Assembly (NCBI GenBank): GCA_963627055.1 | Contig: CAVGAF010000003.1 | Coordinates: forward strand, 5,177-69,176 | Length of the DNA stretch: 64,000 nt | Origin: Butyrivibrio sp. CAG:318 | GTDB taxonomy: Bacteria; Actinomycetota; Coriobacteriia; Coriobacteriales; Eggerthellaceae | Reading direction: 5' to 3' | In this document: positions 46,418 to 56,184 of the stretch, one piece after another | Numbering within the stretch: position 1 is the stretch's first letter | Layout: the number at the start of each line of letters is the position of its first letter | The notes under the pieces: model-generated | What the model was told of the DNA's origin: nothing | What the model saw: the letters and a program-made list of their open reading frames with translations, nothing else | Databases searched by the model: none | Translations under genes and position numbers: made by a program

Positions 46418-46771
46418 ATGGCTCGTATCAAGCGTGCAGTTAACGCCAAGAAGAAGCGCCGTACCGTCCTTTCCCGCGCCAAGGGTTACTACGGTGCGAA
46501 GTCCCGTTCCTACACCGCCGCGAAGGAGCAGGTGCAGCACTCCCTGCAGTACGCCTATCGCGACCGCCGCAACAAGAAGCGCGAGATCCGTCGTCTCTGG
46601 ATCACCCGCATCAACGCCGGCGCCCGTCTGAACGGCATGAGCTACTCCACCTTCATGAACGGCCTGAAGAAGGCCGGCGTGGTGCTCGACCGCAAGGTGC
46701 TCTCCGACATGGCCATCGCCGACCCGCAGGCTTTCGCCTCCCTGGTCGAGGTTGCCAAGAAGGCCCTCTAA
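46418..46771 (+). CDS. rplT: 50S ribosomal protein L20
   Basis: [33 protein letters not shown]. Confidence 0.97.
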   Translation: MARIKRAVNAKKKRRTVLSRAKGYYGAKSRSYTAAKEQVQHSLQYAYRDRRNKKREIRRLWITRINAGARLNGMSYSTFMNGLKKAGVVLDRKVLSDMAIADPQAFASLVEVAKKAL

Positions 46772-46839
46772 GCGTTTTACTTTCGTGCGGCTCCCTGTTT
46801 GGGGGCCGCATTGTTATGCACGCAGCTGTTCATGCAGCT

Positions 46840-46873
46840 ATAAGAAAAGGCTCCCGCGGGAGCCTTTTCTTAT
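46840..46873. terminator. Bidirectional intrinsic terminator
   Basis: Perfect 34-bp palindrome ATAAGAAAAGGCTCCCGCGGGAGCCTTTTCTTAT between convergent genes. Confidence 0.85.
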
Positions 46874-47202
46874 GCCATTTCCAATTCAGATTCGGTGCCG
46901 GCGAGTGTGTTTGTCACATATTGCCGTGCGGCTGCGCTTGCCGTGCCGCTCATTCCCTCGACAACCTCGATGCCTGCGGCCTCAAGTGCGGTCTTGGCCG
47001 AGCCTTCCAGGTTGTTCGTCAATACGACCGTAATGCCCAGATCGCGCATCAAATGAGCCGTCTGCTCGGAGGACATCGACAGATTCGGCATGTTATGGCA
47101 ATCGGTGATAAGACCCCTCTCCACGCGATAGCACATATAACTAGAGCAATGTAAAAACCACGGAGCCACATCGAGCCCCTGGCTCGCCACTGCGATACGC
47201 AT
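46870..47202 (-). CDS. NifB/NifX-family (FeMo-cofactor-binding-like) small protein
   Basis: MRIAVAS..LDVAPWF, GITVVLTNN, LEAAGIEVV pattern; AAAGGAGG RBS. Confidence 0.7.
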   Translation of the reverse strand: MRIAVASQGLDVAPWFLHCSSYMCYRVERGLITDCHNMPNLSMSSEQTAHLMRDLGITVVLTNNLEGSAKTALEAAGIEVVEGMSGTASAAARQYVTNTLAGTESELEMA

Positions 47203-47332
47203 AATGTCGGCCCTCCTTTCCAACTATTTAACTGTAATCGAACTTATCCGAAATAATCCCTGGTTTCGCCCAGCGGAAGCCTTCGGCCGCTCAGCGTACC
47301 GAAGACGACGCTGCTTGCGCGCCTTAAGCGTT

Positions 47333-47369
47333 AAAAGGCGCCCCCTCGATTCGCATCGAGGGGGCGCCT
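47333..47369 (-). terminator. Intrinsic terminator of the DEAD-box gene
   Basis: 15-bp stem AGGCGCCCCCTCGAT / ATCGAGGGGGCGCCT with a flanking A-run. Confidence 0.8.
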
Positions 47370-47374
47370 AGTGT

Positions 47375-48868
47375 TTAGCGTCGCTTGCCCGAGCGCTGGG
47401 ACGCCAGCGCTGCGCGCCGCGCGCGCCCGGGGCGGAAGTCGCCGCCCTGTCGGGCCGCGTTCGAAGTGGGCTTCTTGCGGCCCTTCGGCTGCGCGGCGTT
47501 CTGCTTTCCGCCGGCCTTGCCCTGCTTGTCCGCTGCCGCGGCGTTCTTGGCCTTCGTCTGCTTGCCCGCCGCGCCGCCTGCACGCCCGCGTCCGCTGCGG
47601 GCCTCTTCCGCATGATCGGCCGAGCGCGCCTTGGCCTTCTTGCGCTTGCGGGCGGCCTCCTCCTTCTTCGCCTGCTGAATCTCCGGGTCGCGGCGCGCCT
47701 CGGCGCGCTGTGCCTTCGCCGCCGCCTCGTTTTCGGCTTCCTGCATGTCGAAGTGCTCAAGCCTCAGCTTGGGGATGGATCGCTTGAGCAGCTTCTCGAT
47801 GCCGCGCAGGGAGTCGATCGTTTCCGGGCTTGAGAAGGATACCGCCCAGCCGCTCGCCCCGGCGCGCCCGGTGCGCCCGATGCGGTGGACGTAGTCCTCG
47901 GGCTGCGTGGGAAGGTCGTAATTCACCACGTAGTCGACCCCTTCGACGTCGATGCCGCGGGCGAGCACGTCGGTGGCTACTAAGATGTCGGTGGTGCCGT
48001 TGGCGAAGTTGTCGAGTGCGCGCCTGCGCTGGTTTTGGCTGCGGCTGGAGTGGATCGCCTCAACCGTGTAGCCGGCCTTCTTCAGGCGCCGGCAGGTTGC
48101 GTCGGCGCGGCTTCGCGTGCGGGTGAACACGATGACGCGCTTATGCCCGCGCTCGGCGAGCACTCCCTTGAGCAGGGCGGGCTTTACTGCCTGCTGCACG
48201 TTGATGATGTACTGCTCGACGGTGTCGGCCGTCTCGCCGCGTCGGGCGATTTCCACCGTCGCGGGGTCGTTTAAGAGCTTCCCGACGTTTTGGGTGATGG
48301 AGTGGTCGATGGTCGCGCTGAACAGAAGCGTCTGGCGGCTCTTCGGCGTCTGCCCGATGATCTTCTTCATGGCGGGCCAAAAGCCCATGTCCAGCATGCG
48401 GTCTGCCTCGTCAAGCACCAGCACCTCCACCGCGCCGAGGTGCGCCGCCCCCTGATCCATCAGGTCCACCAACCGTCCCGGGGTGGCGATGAGCACATCC
48501 ACGCCGCGCTTCAGCTCGCGGATTTGCGGCTCGTAGGAAAGCCCGCCGACCACGGTCAGGATGCGATGATGGGTGTGGTTGGCGATGGTCGTGCAGACCT
48601 CGCCGATCTGCTGGGCAAGCTCGCGCGTGGGGGTGACCACCAGCATGAGCGGCCCACGCGTTCCCTTGGCGTGGGGCAGCTTATCCAGGGAGGGAAGCGA
48701 AAACGCCGCGGTCTTGCCGGTACCGGTCTTCGCGGCGGCGATGAGGTCGCGCCCCTCAAGCACGACCGGGATGGATTGTTCCTGAACAGGGGTGGGCGCC
48801 TCGTAGCCGAGCTCGGCGATTGCTTTAAGGGCCGCTTCCGACAGCCCCAGATCCTCGAATCGGGTCAT
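47375..48868 (-). CDS. DEAD-box ATP-dependent RNA helicase (RhlE-like)
   Basis: Q motif, AKTGTGKT, PTRELA, TPGRL, DEAD, SAT, ARGID, HRIGRTGR; basic C-terminal tail. Confidence 0.95.
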   Translation of the reverse strand: MTRFEDLGLSEAALKAIAELGYEAPTPVQEQSIPVVLEGRDLIAAAKTGTGKTAAFSLPSLDKLPHAKGTRGPLMLVVTPTRELAQQIGEVCTTIANHTHHRILTVVGGLSYEPQIRELKRGVDVLIATPGRLVDLMDQGAAHLGAVEVLVLDEADRMLDMGFWPAMKKIIGQTPKSRQTLLFSATIDHSITQNVGKLLNDPATVEIARRGETADTVEQYIINVQQAVKPALLKGVLAERGHKRVIVFTRTRSRADATCRRLKKAGYTVEAIHSSRSQNQRRRALDNFANGTTDILVATDVLARGIDVEGVDYVVNYDLPTQPEDYVHRIGRTGRAGASGWAVSFSSPETIDSLRGIEKLLKRSIPKLRLEHFDMQEAENEAAAKAQRAEARRDPEIQQAKKEEAARKRKKAKARSADHAEEARSGRGRAGGAAGKQTKAKNAAAADKQGKAGGKQNAAQPKGRKKPTSNAARQGGDFRPGRARRAALASQRSGKRR

Positions 48869-48894
48869 GGTTGTAGATCCTTTCTAGCGCACGG

Positions 48895-50340
48895 CTAACG
48901 CACGTGCGCGGGTTTTCCTCCCCAGTAAAAATGGAGGAAATGCTTTTTGTAGAGCGGGTTTGCGGGGTCTTTCTCCGCTTGGGCGAGCGCGAGGGTTTGC
49001 GCGGCGATGTCGCGCGCCGCGCCCGGGCGGCGCAGGAAGTTGCCGTTGACGAGCATTGCGCGGGCGCTGTCCGGGTTTTCCGCAACATTGCGCAGGGCGT
49101 CGAGCAGCTCGCGCCAGGTGGTCACGTGCATGGCCGCGCCTAACGAGGTGAGCAGGCGCACGTTGGCCTTTTCCTGGCCATAGGCTTTGCCCAGCAGCAC
49201 CATGGGAACCTGCGAGCAGAGGCACTCGGTTACCGTCAGCCCGCCTGATTTGCAGATGACCAAATCGGACGCGGCCATGAGCGCCGCCATGTCGTCGACA
49301 TAGTCGAGCACGGTGGCGTTGGAAAGCCCGAGTTCCTTGCAGGCTTGGCGCAGGTGCTCGGCGTAGGTCTTGTCATTTCCAGCGACGAACACGAAGTGCA
49401 TCTGAGCATCGAGCGTGTGCAAAAAGGGCAGGAGATTGTCGAGCGCCGTGCGGAAATGCGCATAGGGTCGGGGCAGATACGCGCCCGCAAGCGCCAACAC
49501 GATGGTCTTGTCTTGCGCAAGGCCGAACGCCTCGCGCGTCAGCGCCCTCTCGTGGGGAAGGCGGAAGTCCTCTCGCGTGGGTATTCCCGTGATGCTGATG
49601 CGCTCCTCGGGCACGAGACGCGGCCTGAGCGTTTCTGCCATGGACTCGGTGGCCACGTAGAACGCATCGACCGACTGATGGGGCCAAAGGCCCTCTATCT
49701 CATAGTCGGTGGGAATGCAGGTGATGGGGAAGTGCTGGCCGGTGAGCATGCGCGCGGCGACGGCGACGTTGGCTGCCGTGATGTGCGTGCACACGATGGC
49801 GATCGGCTTGCGACGGCGCACGTATTCGGTGAATTTCGGATACATGACGTGCGACCAGATGGTGCCGCCGCCCCACAGGACGTGCCCGGTGAGCGTGTAG
49901 CGCCAAGTCCAGTCGTAAACGGGGCGGGAAGGCCCCACGAACATGCTGGCCGCTTTGTCGCCGTCGAAGACGATGCGGCCGAAATCGAGCACGTCGAGAA
50001 CCTCGACCTGAAGGTCGTCGGGTATCCGGATGCCGTCCTCGCCCGCGCCCGCGGGCCGCTCGGCATGCTCGGCCGCCATGAGCCGCAAGGCCTGCGCGAC
50101 GGCGTTCGCGGCGCTTCTGTGCCCGGAGCCGACCGAGGCATGCATGACGATGACGAGCGGGCGCTCCACGCCGTTCGCCCCTTCGGGCCCCCTGGAGGCG
50201 TCCTCGCCTGCGCTTCGCGCGCCATCGGGGGCAGGGCGCCTCGGCGCCTTGGGACCTTCAGGTTGCGAGACCTTTGCAGGTGCGGTATCTGCGTGCTCGG
50301 TGGCGATGGCGCGCCGTCCCTTCACTCGGAGTGTCGACAT
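48895..50340 (-). CDS. MGDG-synthase/UgtP-like diacylglycerol glycosyltransferase (GT28)
   Basis: HASVGSGH, IVCTH, PTDY, TGIP, CKSGGLTVTECL, GQEKAN; start uncertain because ATG 50340 abuts the tRNA terminator. Confidence 0.85.
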   Translation of the reverse strand: MSTLRVKGRRAIATEHADTAPAKVSQPEGPKAPRRPAPDGARSAGEDASRGPEGANGVERPLVIVMHASVGSGHRSAANAVAQALRLMAAEHAERPAGAGEDGIRIPDDLQVEVLDVLDFGRIVFDGDKAASMFVGPSRPVYDWTWRYTLTGHVLWGGGTIWSHVMYPKFTEYVRRRKPIAIVCTHITAANVAVAARMLTGQHFPITCIPTDYEIEGLWPHQSVDAFYVATESMAETLRPRLVPEERISITGIPTREDFRLPHERALTREAFGLAQDKTIVLALAGAYLPRPYAHFRTALDNLLPFLHTLDAQMHFVFVAGNDKTYAEHLRQACKELGLSNATVLDYVDDMAALMAASDLVICKSGGLTVTECLCSQVPMVLLGKAYGQEKANVRLLTSLGAAMHVTTWRELLDALRNVAENPDSARAMLVNGNFLRRPGAARDIAAQTLALAQAEKDPANPLYKKHFLHFYWGGKPAHVR

Positions 50341-50374
50341 AAAAGAAAAAGGGCCGGTGCTTCACCGACCCTTT
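50341..50374 (-). terminator. Terminator after tRNA-Glu
   Basis: Imperfect stem AAAGGGCCGGTG / CACCGACCCTTT with an A-run on the plus strand. Confidence 0.65.
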
Positions 50375-50384
50375 GCCTTTCAAA

Positions 50385-50459
50385 TGGTGCCCCCAACGAG
50401 AATCGAACTCGTGTCTCAGCCTTGAAAGGGCCGCGTCCTAACCTCTAGACTATGGGGAC
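50385..50459 (-). tRNA. tRNA-Glu (anticodon TTC)
   Basis: Reverse complement GTCCCCATAGTCTAGAGGTTAGGACGCGGCCCTTTCAAGGCTGAGACACGAGTTCGATTCTCGTTGGGGGCACCA; cloverleaf with encoded CCA. Confidence 0.95.
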
Positions 50460-50705
50460 GTTTGCGCTTTCGTGCGAAAAGCAGCCTGGTTAGTATCCCA
50501 GATGCATGGGCGTTATGCAAGAACTTTTTTCGATACCGGTCACATTTCTTACACAACGCCTTGCGATTCAGAAAAAGTATGGGGAACCCGTCATGTCGCG
50601 GGCCCTACACTGTCGATAGACGAAGGGCCCGCCGATAAGGATGGGAGCTATGCATGGCCTGCTAGCGAAAGGTCCTTCGGGCAATAGGGTCGCGGCCGGC
50701 GGCGC

Positions 50706-51683
50706 CTAGGCGCTCCGGTCGCTGCGCCCGTAGCGCTCGTATGCTTCGGTCACGATCAGCTCATATTGCTTGCGACTGCCCTTGACCTGCGTGTCCAGGA
50801 TAAGGCCGCAGGCAAGCGAGAGCAGGCCCACGAACACCAGCCCCATCGCCAAAAGCGCGCTCGGCAGCTTCGGCACCAGCCCCGTTTCGGCGAACTGCGC
50901 GATGACGGGCACGCCGCAGACAAGGCCGAGCACCACGAAGATGAGCGCGATCCAGGAAAACAGCGCCAGCGGCTTGTAATCCTTGAACAGGGACATGATC
51001 ATCATGAGCACCTTCATGCCGTCGGAGAAGGTGGAAAGCTTCGACTCCGACCCCTCGGGGCGGTCGCGGTAATCGATGGGCACCTGGGAAATTCTCCAGC
51101 GTTTGTCGACCGCATGGATGGACAACTCCGTCTCGATCTCGAAACCGGGGGAGGTGACGGGCATCGTCTTGGCGAATACGCGGTTGTAGGCGCGGTAGCC
51201 TGTCATGACGTCGGTGAATTCAAAGCCATAGATAGCCTTGATGAGGAAGCGCACTAAATTGTTGCCGAAGCCGTGGAACGCGCGGTCGTTTTCGTCCCCG
51301 TAAGAGCCGTTGGACAGGCGGTCGCCCACGACCATGTCGGCGTCGTTTTCGATGAGCGGTGCGAGCACATCGGGCGCCGCCTCGGCGGGGTAGGTGTCGT
51401 CGCCGTCGACCATGAGATAGTAATCGGCGTCGATGTCGCGCATCATCTGGCGTACGACGTTGCCCTTTCCCTGGCGTCGCTCGAGGCGCACGATGGCTCC
51501 CGCTTCGCGGGCAATGTCGCCCGTGCCGTCGGAGGAGTTATTGTCGTATACGTAGATGTCGGCCAGAGGCAGGACGCGCTTGAAGTCGTCGACCACCTTC
51601 GCGATCGTGACCGCCTCGTTGTAGCAGGGGATAATGACCGCGGTGCCTTTACCTTTATAGGCATCCTGGTTGATTTCGGGCAT
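50706..51683 (-). CDS. Polyprenol-phosphate glycosyltransferase (GT2, DPM/GtrB-like)
   Basis: IIPCYNE, YDNNSSDGT, GKG, MVDGDDTY, DVMTGYR, GFEIETE; two C-terminal TM helices; AAGGAG RBS. Confidence 0.88.
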   Translation of the reverse strand: MPEINQDAYKGKGTAVIIPCYNEAVTIAKVVDDFKRVLPLADIYVYDNNSSDGTGDIAREAGAIVRLERRQGKGNVVRQMMRDIDADYYLMVDGDDTYPAEAAPDVLAPLIENDADMVVGDRLSNGSYGDENDRAFHGFGNNLVRFLIKAIYGFEFTDVMTGYRAYNRVFAKTMPVTSPGFEIETELSIHAVDKRWRISQVPIDYRDRPEGSESKLSTFSDGMKVLMMIMSLFKDYKPLALFSWIALIFVVLGLVCGVPVIAQFAETGLVPKLPSALLAMGLVFVGLLSLACGLILDTQVKGSRKQYELIVTEAYERYGRSDRSA

Positions 51684-51945
51684 CGGTTGCTCCTTCGAAA
51701 GGGAAGATTCGAATATGCACAAACATTCATAATAGGGCATGCCAAGCGTATTTCAGCTGCGATAGCGCGGTTTTCGCAGGATATACGCTTACATAGTTTG
51801 CGCTTGTGCGATGGGGTTGCGATGAGCCCTGTTGTGCTTGCGGCGCACACGATGCGATAATGCACAGGTTTCCCCGCCATGCGCTTCGGCTTGCCGGCTA
51901 AAGGGGCGCATGGGGTCGGTTTCGTAAGGAAGGAAGGGCATCGGC

Positions 51946-52353
51946 TTGAAGAAACTCATCGCCCAGCTCATGAAATTCGGCGTGGTCGGCGTGATCGCGT
52001 TCTGCATCGACTACGGCCTGCTCGCCTTGCTCACCGAGGTGTTCGGCGTGAACTACCTCGTAAGCGCCACCGTGTCGTTCACCGTTTCGGTCATCTTCAA
52101 CTACCTCGCGTCCATGCGCTACGTGTTCACGCACAAGGAGGGCATGAGCCGCCGGCGCGAGTTCGTCATCTTCGTGGTGCTGTCGGTGATCGGCCTTCTG
52201 ATCAACAATGCCTGCATGTGGGCCGGCGTCGAGCTATTGAGCGTGCATTACCTCATCACGAAGATCTTCGCCACGGCCATCGTCATGGTGTGGAACTTCG
52301 TCACGCGCAAGATTTTCCTGGATGCGGGAGATGCGCAAGAAGCGGGCAAGTAA
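51946..52353 (+). CDS. GtrA-family lipid-linked sugar flippase
   Basis: QLMKFGVVG, FNYLASMRYVF, WNFVTRK; four TM segments; TTG start after a purine-rich RBS. Confidence 0.9.
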   Translation: MKKLIAQLMKFGVVGVIAFCIDYGLLALLTEVFGVNYLVSATVSFTVSVIFNYLASMRYVFTHKEGMSRRREFVIFVVLSVIGLLINNACMWAGVELLSVHYLITKIFATAIVMVWNFVTRKIFLDAGDAQEAGK

Positions 52354-52429
52354 AGGCAAGCGGCCGATCGGGCCGGAAAAAGACGAACCCGCCAGATGGG
52401 CCATCCGACGGGTTCGCGTAAATGTTACC

Positions 52430-52506
52430 TGGTGCCCTAGGCAGGATTCGAACCTGTGGCCTTCTGCTCCGGAGGCAGACGCTCTATCCAGCTGAGCTAC
52501 TAGGGC
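52430..52506 (-). tRNA. tRNA-Arg (anticodon CCG)
   Basis: Reverse complement GCCCTAGTAGCTCAGCTGGATAGAGCGTCTGCCTCCGGAGCAGAAGGCCACAGGTTCGAATCCTGCCTAGGGCACCA. Confidence 0.95.
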
Positions 52507-52576
52507 ACGCAAGTTGCTCATTATACGCCAACATTTTCGATATGTGCACAAGATATAACGAAACGGGTGCAAACGC

Positions 52577-53917
52577 ATGACTGAAACCATAACCATCGAA
52601 CGCATGGGCTACTCCGCCGAAGCCGTGGGGCATCGCGGTGACGGAAAGACCGTCTTCATCGCGGGCGGCGCGCCGGGAGATGTCGCCGTGGTGGAGATCA
52701 CCGAGGAGAAACCGAGCTTTTGCCGCGGCCGCATCGTCTCGATCGAGCAGGCGGGAGAGAGCCGCGTCGCGCCGAAGTGGGCCGAGCCCGCCGCTGCGGG
52801 AGCCGCTCCCTGGCAGCACGTGGCCTACGACGCGCAGCTTGAAGCCAAGCGCGCCAACGTGGTCGCGGCGCTCGGGCGCCAGGCGGGCTTTAAGGATGCG
52901 GCCGGCGAGCTCGTGCGGCCCTGCCTGCCCTCCAAGCGCCAGTGGGGCTATCGCAACAAGATCGAGCTGGGGGCCCAGTGGGACTGCCGCGGCGCGTTCA
53001 ACCTGGGATTTCACGAGGAAGGGTCGCCGGATGTGGTGCAGGGGCTGTCCTGCCCGCTTGCGCACGACTCCATTTCGCGCGCCCCGAAGGCCCTGCGCGG
53101 CGCCCTGCGCTATTTGCAGGGGTCGGACGATCTGGGCATCTTCCGCGTCGGCGTGCGCACGAGCGTGCGCACCCGCGAGACGGAGATAGCGCTGTGGACC
53201 AAGCCCTCCGGATTCCCGCGCGCCGCAGCTGCCAAGATGCTCAAAAGCTGCCTTAAGGCCACGAGCGTCGTGCGCGTCATCGCCGACCCGGGGCACGCCC
53301 GCAAAATCAAGGGGCTCGAGGTGCTCGACGGCAAGGGGCACTGGGAAGAGCTCATCGCCGGTGCGCGCTATATCGCCAGCGCCCCGTCTTTTTTCCAGGT
53401 GAACACCGCGCAGGCGGAAAAATTGGTGGCCGAGGCCGTCCGTGCGCTGGGCGGCGAGGTATCCGAAGAGGGCCCGAGCGGCCTGGATGGGCTTTTGGTG
53501 GCCGACCTGTACGCGGGCTGCGGCACGTTCGGGGTGGCGCTCGCGCGCGCCGGCGCGGACGTCATCGCGGTCGAGTCGGCCGGCTCTTCGGTGCGCGACC
53601 TGCGGCGCAACGCCGACGCGAACGACGTGGACATCGACGTCATCGGCGGCGACGCGGCGCGCGAGCTTCCCGAGCTCGGCGGGCTCGACGCGCTGGTGGT
53701 CGACCCCCCGCGTGCGGGCTTGGCCGACGGCGTTCCGGCCGACATCGCGGCCGCCCGACCGGGCCGCGTCGTCTACGTGAGCTGCAATCCCGCCACGTGG
53801 GCCCGCGACGTCCGCCGCTTCGAGGAGGTGGGCTACCGCCTGGAATCGGTGCAGCCGGTAGATCTGTTCCCGCAGACCTACCATGTCGAGGTCGTGAGCT
53901 GCTTTACGCGCTGCTAG
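52577..53917 (+). CDS. rlmD: TRAM-domain 23S rRNA (uracil-5)-methyltransferase, RlmD/TrmA family
   Basis: N-terminal TRAM domain; SFFQVN, DLYAGCGTF, VDPPRAG, YVSCNPAT, DLFPQTYHVE. Confidence 0.88.
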   Translation: MTETITIERMGYSAEAVGHRGDGKTVFIAGGAPGDVAVVEITEEKPSFCRGRIVSIEQAGESRVAPKWAEPAAAGAAPWQHVAYDAQLEAKRANVVAALGRQAGFKDAAGELVRPCLPSKRQWGYRNKIELGAQWDCRGAFNLGFHEEGSPDVVQGLSCPLAHDSISRAPKALRGALRYLQGSDDLGIFRVGVRTSVRTRETEIALWTKPSGFPRAAAAKMLKSCLKATSVVRVIADPGHARKIKGLEVLDGKGHWEELIAGARYIASAPSFFQVNTAQAEKLVAEAVRALGGEVSEEGPSGLDGLLVADLYAGCGTFGVALARAGADVIAVESAGSSVRDLRRNADANDVDIDVIGGDAARELPELGGLDALVVDPPRAGLADGVPADIAAARPGRVVYVSCNPATWARDVRRFEEVGYRLESVQPVDLFPQTYHVEVVSCFTRC

Positions 53918-54140
53918 CGCATCGGTGCGACGGGGACGCTCGCCTTGCCGAGCCGCGCGCCGTTTTCGCGTTCTTGTGGTTTTTGCCACGAGGTTTGGTC
54001 GAGAATTCCCCGCCTGCCCAAGCGCCCTGATACACTCCCCAACGTATGCGACAAATCGCGCCCGCGCCTGCGGGCGCTTTCGTGAAACGGGGTGCGCCTT
54101 CTCGCGCCCACCCTCGATAGACCAAGGACAAGGAGAGACC

Positions 54141-54674
54141 ATGGCTTTGTACACCCCGCAGTATCAGCCCACGGGCGAGGAGATCGCCGTCATCAAGACC
54201 TCCAAGGGCACCATCCGCGTGCAGCTCGCCGGCAAGGATGCCCCCATCCACGTGGGCAATTTCGTCGAGCTGGCGCAAAAGGGCTTCTACAACAACCTGA
54301 AGTTCCATCGCTATGTGCCCGGCTTCGTCATCCAGGGCGGCTGCCCGAACACGCGCGACCTCGACTCCGATCAGGTCATCGCCGCCGCTGGCAACCCCTA
54401 TGCCGGCCTTGGCACGGGCGGTCCGGGCTACACCATCAAGCAGGAGTACTCCACCAACCCCAACAACAAGCATAACGACGGCGCGCTGGCCATGGCTCGC
54501 AGCCAGATGCCCGACTCCGCCGGCTCCCAGTTCTATCTGTGCCTGGGCGCCCAGCATATGCTCGACCCGAACTACACCGTCTTCGGCCAGACCATCGAGG
54601 GCAAAGACGTCATCGGCCAGCTTCGCGTCGGCGACGTCATCGAGGCCATCGAAATCGAGAACGCCGCCCAGTAG
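54141..54674 (+). CDS. Cyclophilin-type peptidyl-prolyl isomerase
   Basis: FHRYVPGFVIQGG, GTGGPGY, GALAMAR, SAGSQFY, YTVFGQ; AAGGAG RBS. Confidence 0.93.
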   Translation: MALYTPQYQPTGEEIAVIKTSKGTIRVQLAGKDAPIHVGNFVELAQKGFYNNLKFHRYVPGFVIQGGCPNTRDLDSDQVIAAAGNPYAGLGTGGPGYTIKQEYSTNPNNKHNDGALAMARSQMPDSAGSQFYLCLGAQHMLDPNYTVFGQTIEGKDVIGQLRVGDVIEAIEIENAAQ

Positions 54675-54722
54675 CGGATCCGTCCATAAACGCAATTCCA
54701 ACGAAGGATTCGAAGGACACCC

Positions 54723-56102
54723 ATGAACAACCAACTATTCCAGCAAGCACGCTCCCATGCCGCCGCGAAGGATTTCGCCTCCGCGCTGGCCACCTACCAG
54801 CTCTGCTTGCAGGATGAGGCGGCACCGCTCGCTCCCGGCGAGCTTGGCCAGCTGAATCACCAGATCGGCAACTGCCTCATCAAGCTCAAGCGCACCGAGG
54901 AGGCCATCAGCGCCTACGGCGTGGCGCTCACCGACGGGGCGTATGACGCCGCGGGCGCGGTGAACTGCAACCTCGGCGTGGCCTACGCCTCCCTGCACGA
55001 CTTCGAACAGGCGGTGGCCCACTTCGAGGCGGCCGCTTCCGACGCCAAGTACGATTCGAAGTACAAGGCCTACACCGGCATGGGCAACGCGCTTTTGAAG
55101 ATGGGCAAGTCCGCCGAGGCCGGCGTGGCGTTTCGCCAGGCCGCCCTCGACGAGAGCAACCCCGACCCGACCAAGGCGCTGCTGAACCTCGGCATCTGCT
55201 TCATGGCGCTCAACCGTCCCGCCGATGCCGTGTCCTCCTATGAAAGCGCCCTGCAGTTCGACATGCAGCCGGCCCTGCGCAACCGCCTGTACGCCAATCT
55301 CGGCCAGGCCTACGTCGCCTCCGGCCAGATGCAGAAGGCCGTGAACGCCTTTGAAGAGGCGATCGAGGACAAGACCTATTTCCTGTCCGACTCGGCCAGC
55401 GTCGACTATCAGCGCGCCGTCGCCGCCGTCGCCCAGGGCACGTCCGAAATCACGCAGGTCATGGCTCCGCTCTCCGGCCAGCCGGCCTCCTCTGCGGCCG
55501 ACACCTCCGGCATCGACGTGGCCGTGGACGGCGGCGCCATGTACGCCGAGCAGGACCCGTACGGCAACCAGCAGCCTGACCCGTATTACTACGCCGACCC
55601 GTATGCCGCAGACGCCGGGCAGTACGGCGCCGCGGCCGGCGACGACAGGTTCTTCAGCGCATCCGACGAGGAGCTGGAGAAATGGTCGCGCGGCGTGGCC
55701 AAGCAGGAGCGCCGTCGCCGCAACGTCGGCCTGAAAGTCCTGCTCGTCATCATCCTGCTCGTCGTCGTTGCCTTCGGCGCGGGGCTGTTCCTCTATACGC
55801 AGGGCTGGGGCTATCCGAGCCAGTCCACCGTGGTGACCGAGGTGTTTACCAACCCCGACCAAGCATCGACGCACTACGCGTCCACGGTCAGCGACTCCAC
55901 GGCCGCGTCCCTGACCGATTCGCTCGTGCAGGATTCCTCGCCCACCATCGAGGCGGTCGAGCGCTCCATGACCGACTCCACCGCCTACGTGACGGCGGCA
56001 ACGCCCGAAGGCGGCCAGGTCCAGTACAAGGTTTCGCTCGTGCGCGACCTCATCGGCTGGAAGGTCAGCAACATCGAGCTGTATTTCGCCAGCCAGAATT
56101 AA
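54723..56102 (+). CDS. TPR-repeat single-pass membrane protein
   Basis: Repeated TPR helices (HQIGNCL, CNLGVAY, TGMGNAL, LNLGICF, ANLGQAY), TM after RRRR, small C-terminal outer domain. Confidence 0.85.
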   Translation: MNNQLFQQARSHAAAKDFASALATYQLCLQDEAAPLAPGELGQLNHQIGNCLIKLKRTEEAISAYGVALTDGAYDAAGAVNCNLGVAYASLHDFEQAVAHFEAAASDAKYDSKYKAYTGMGNALLKMGKSAEAGVAFRQAALDESNPDPTKALLNLGICFMALNRPADAVSSYESALQFDMQPALRNRLYANLGQAYVASGQMQKAVNAFEEAIEDKTYFLSDSASVDYQRAVAAVAQGTSEITQVMAPLSGQPASSAADTSGIDVAVDGGAMYAEQDPYGNQQPDPYYYADPYAADAGQYGAAAGDDRFFSASDEELEKWSRGVAKQERRRRNVGLKVLLVIILLVVVAFGAGLFLYTQGWGYPSQSTVVTEVFTNPDQASTHYASTVSDSTAASLTDSLVQDSSPTIEAVERSMTDSTAYVTAATPEGGQVQYKVSLVRDLIGWKVSNIELYFASQN

Positions 56103-56184
56103 CGGCGGCGTTAAAGACATCGTTTGCAATAAGCGCCTTACCCGGCGCTTGCAGGAATACAAGACAAGAAGAAAGGCACCTACC

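Noticed and set aside
46870..47202. NifB/NifX-like gene as evidence of nitrogen fixation
   Set aside because: No nifHDK in the window; the family is widespread in non-diazotrophic anaerobes
50596..50635. Hairpin GCGGGCCCT...AGGGCCCGC upstream of tRNA-Glu as a possible ncRNA
   Set aside because: A single 9-bp stem downstream of the GT2 gene with no recognisable family motifs; most simply a terminator-like hairpin
50385..52506. Possible tRNA-anchored genomic island
   Set aside because: No integrase, and I saw no duplicated tRNA 3' end or clear compositional shift in the enclosed genes
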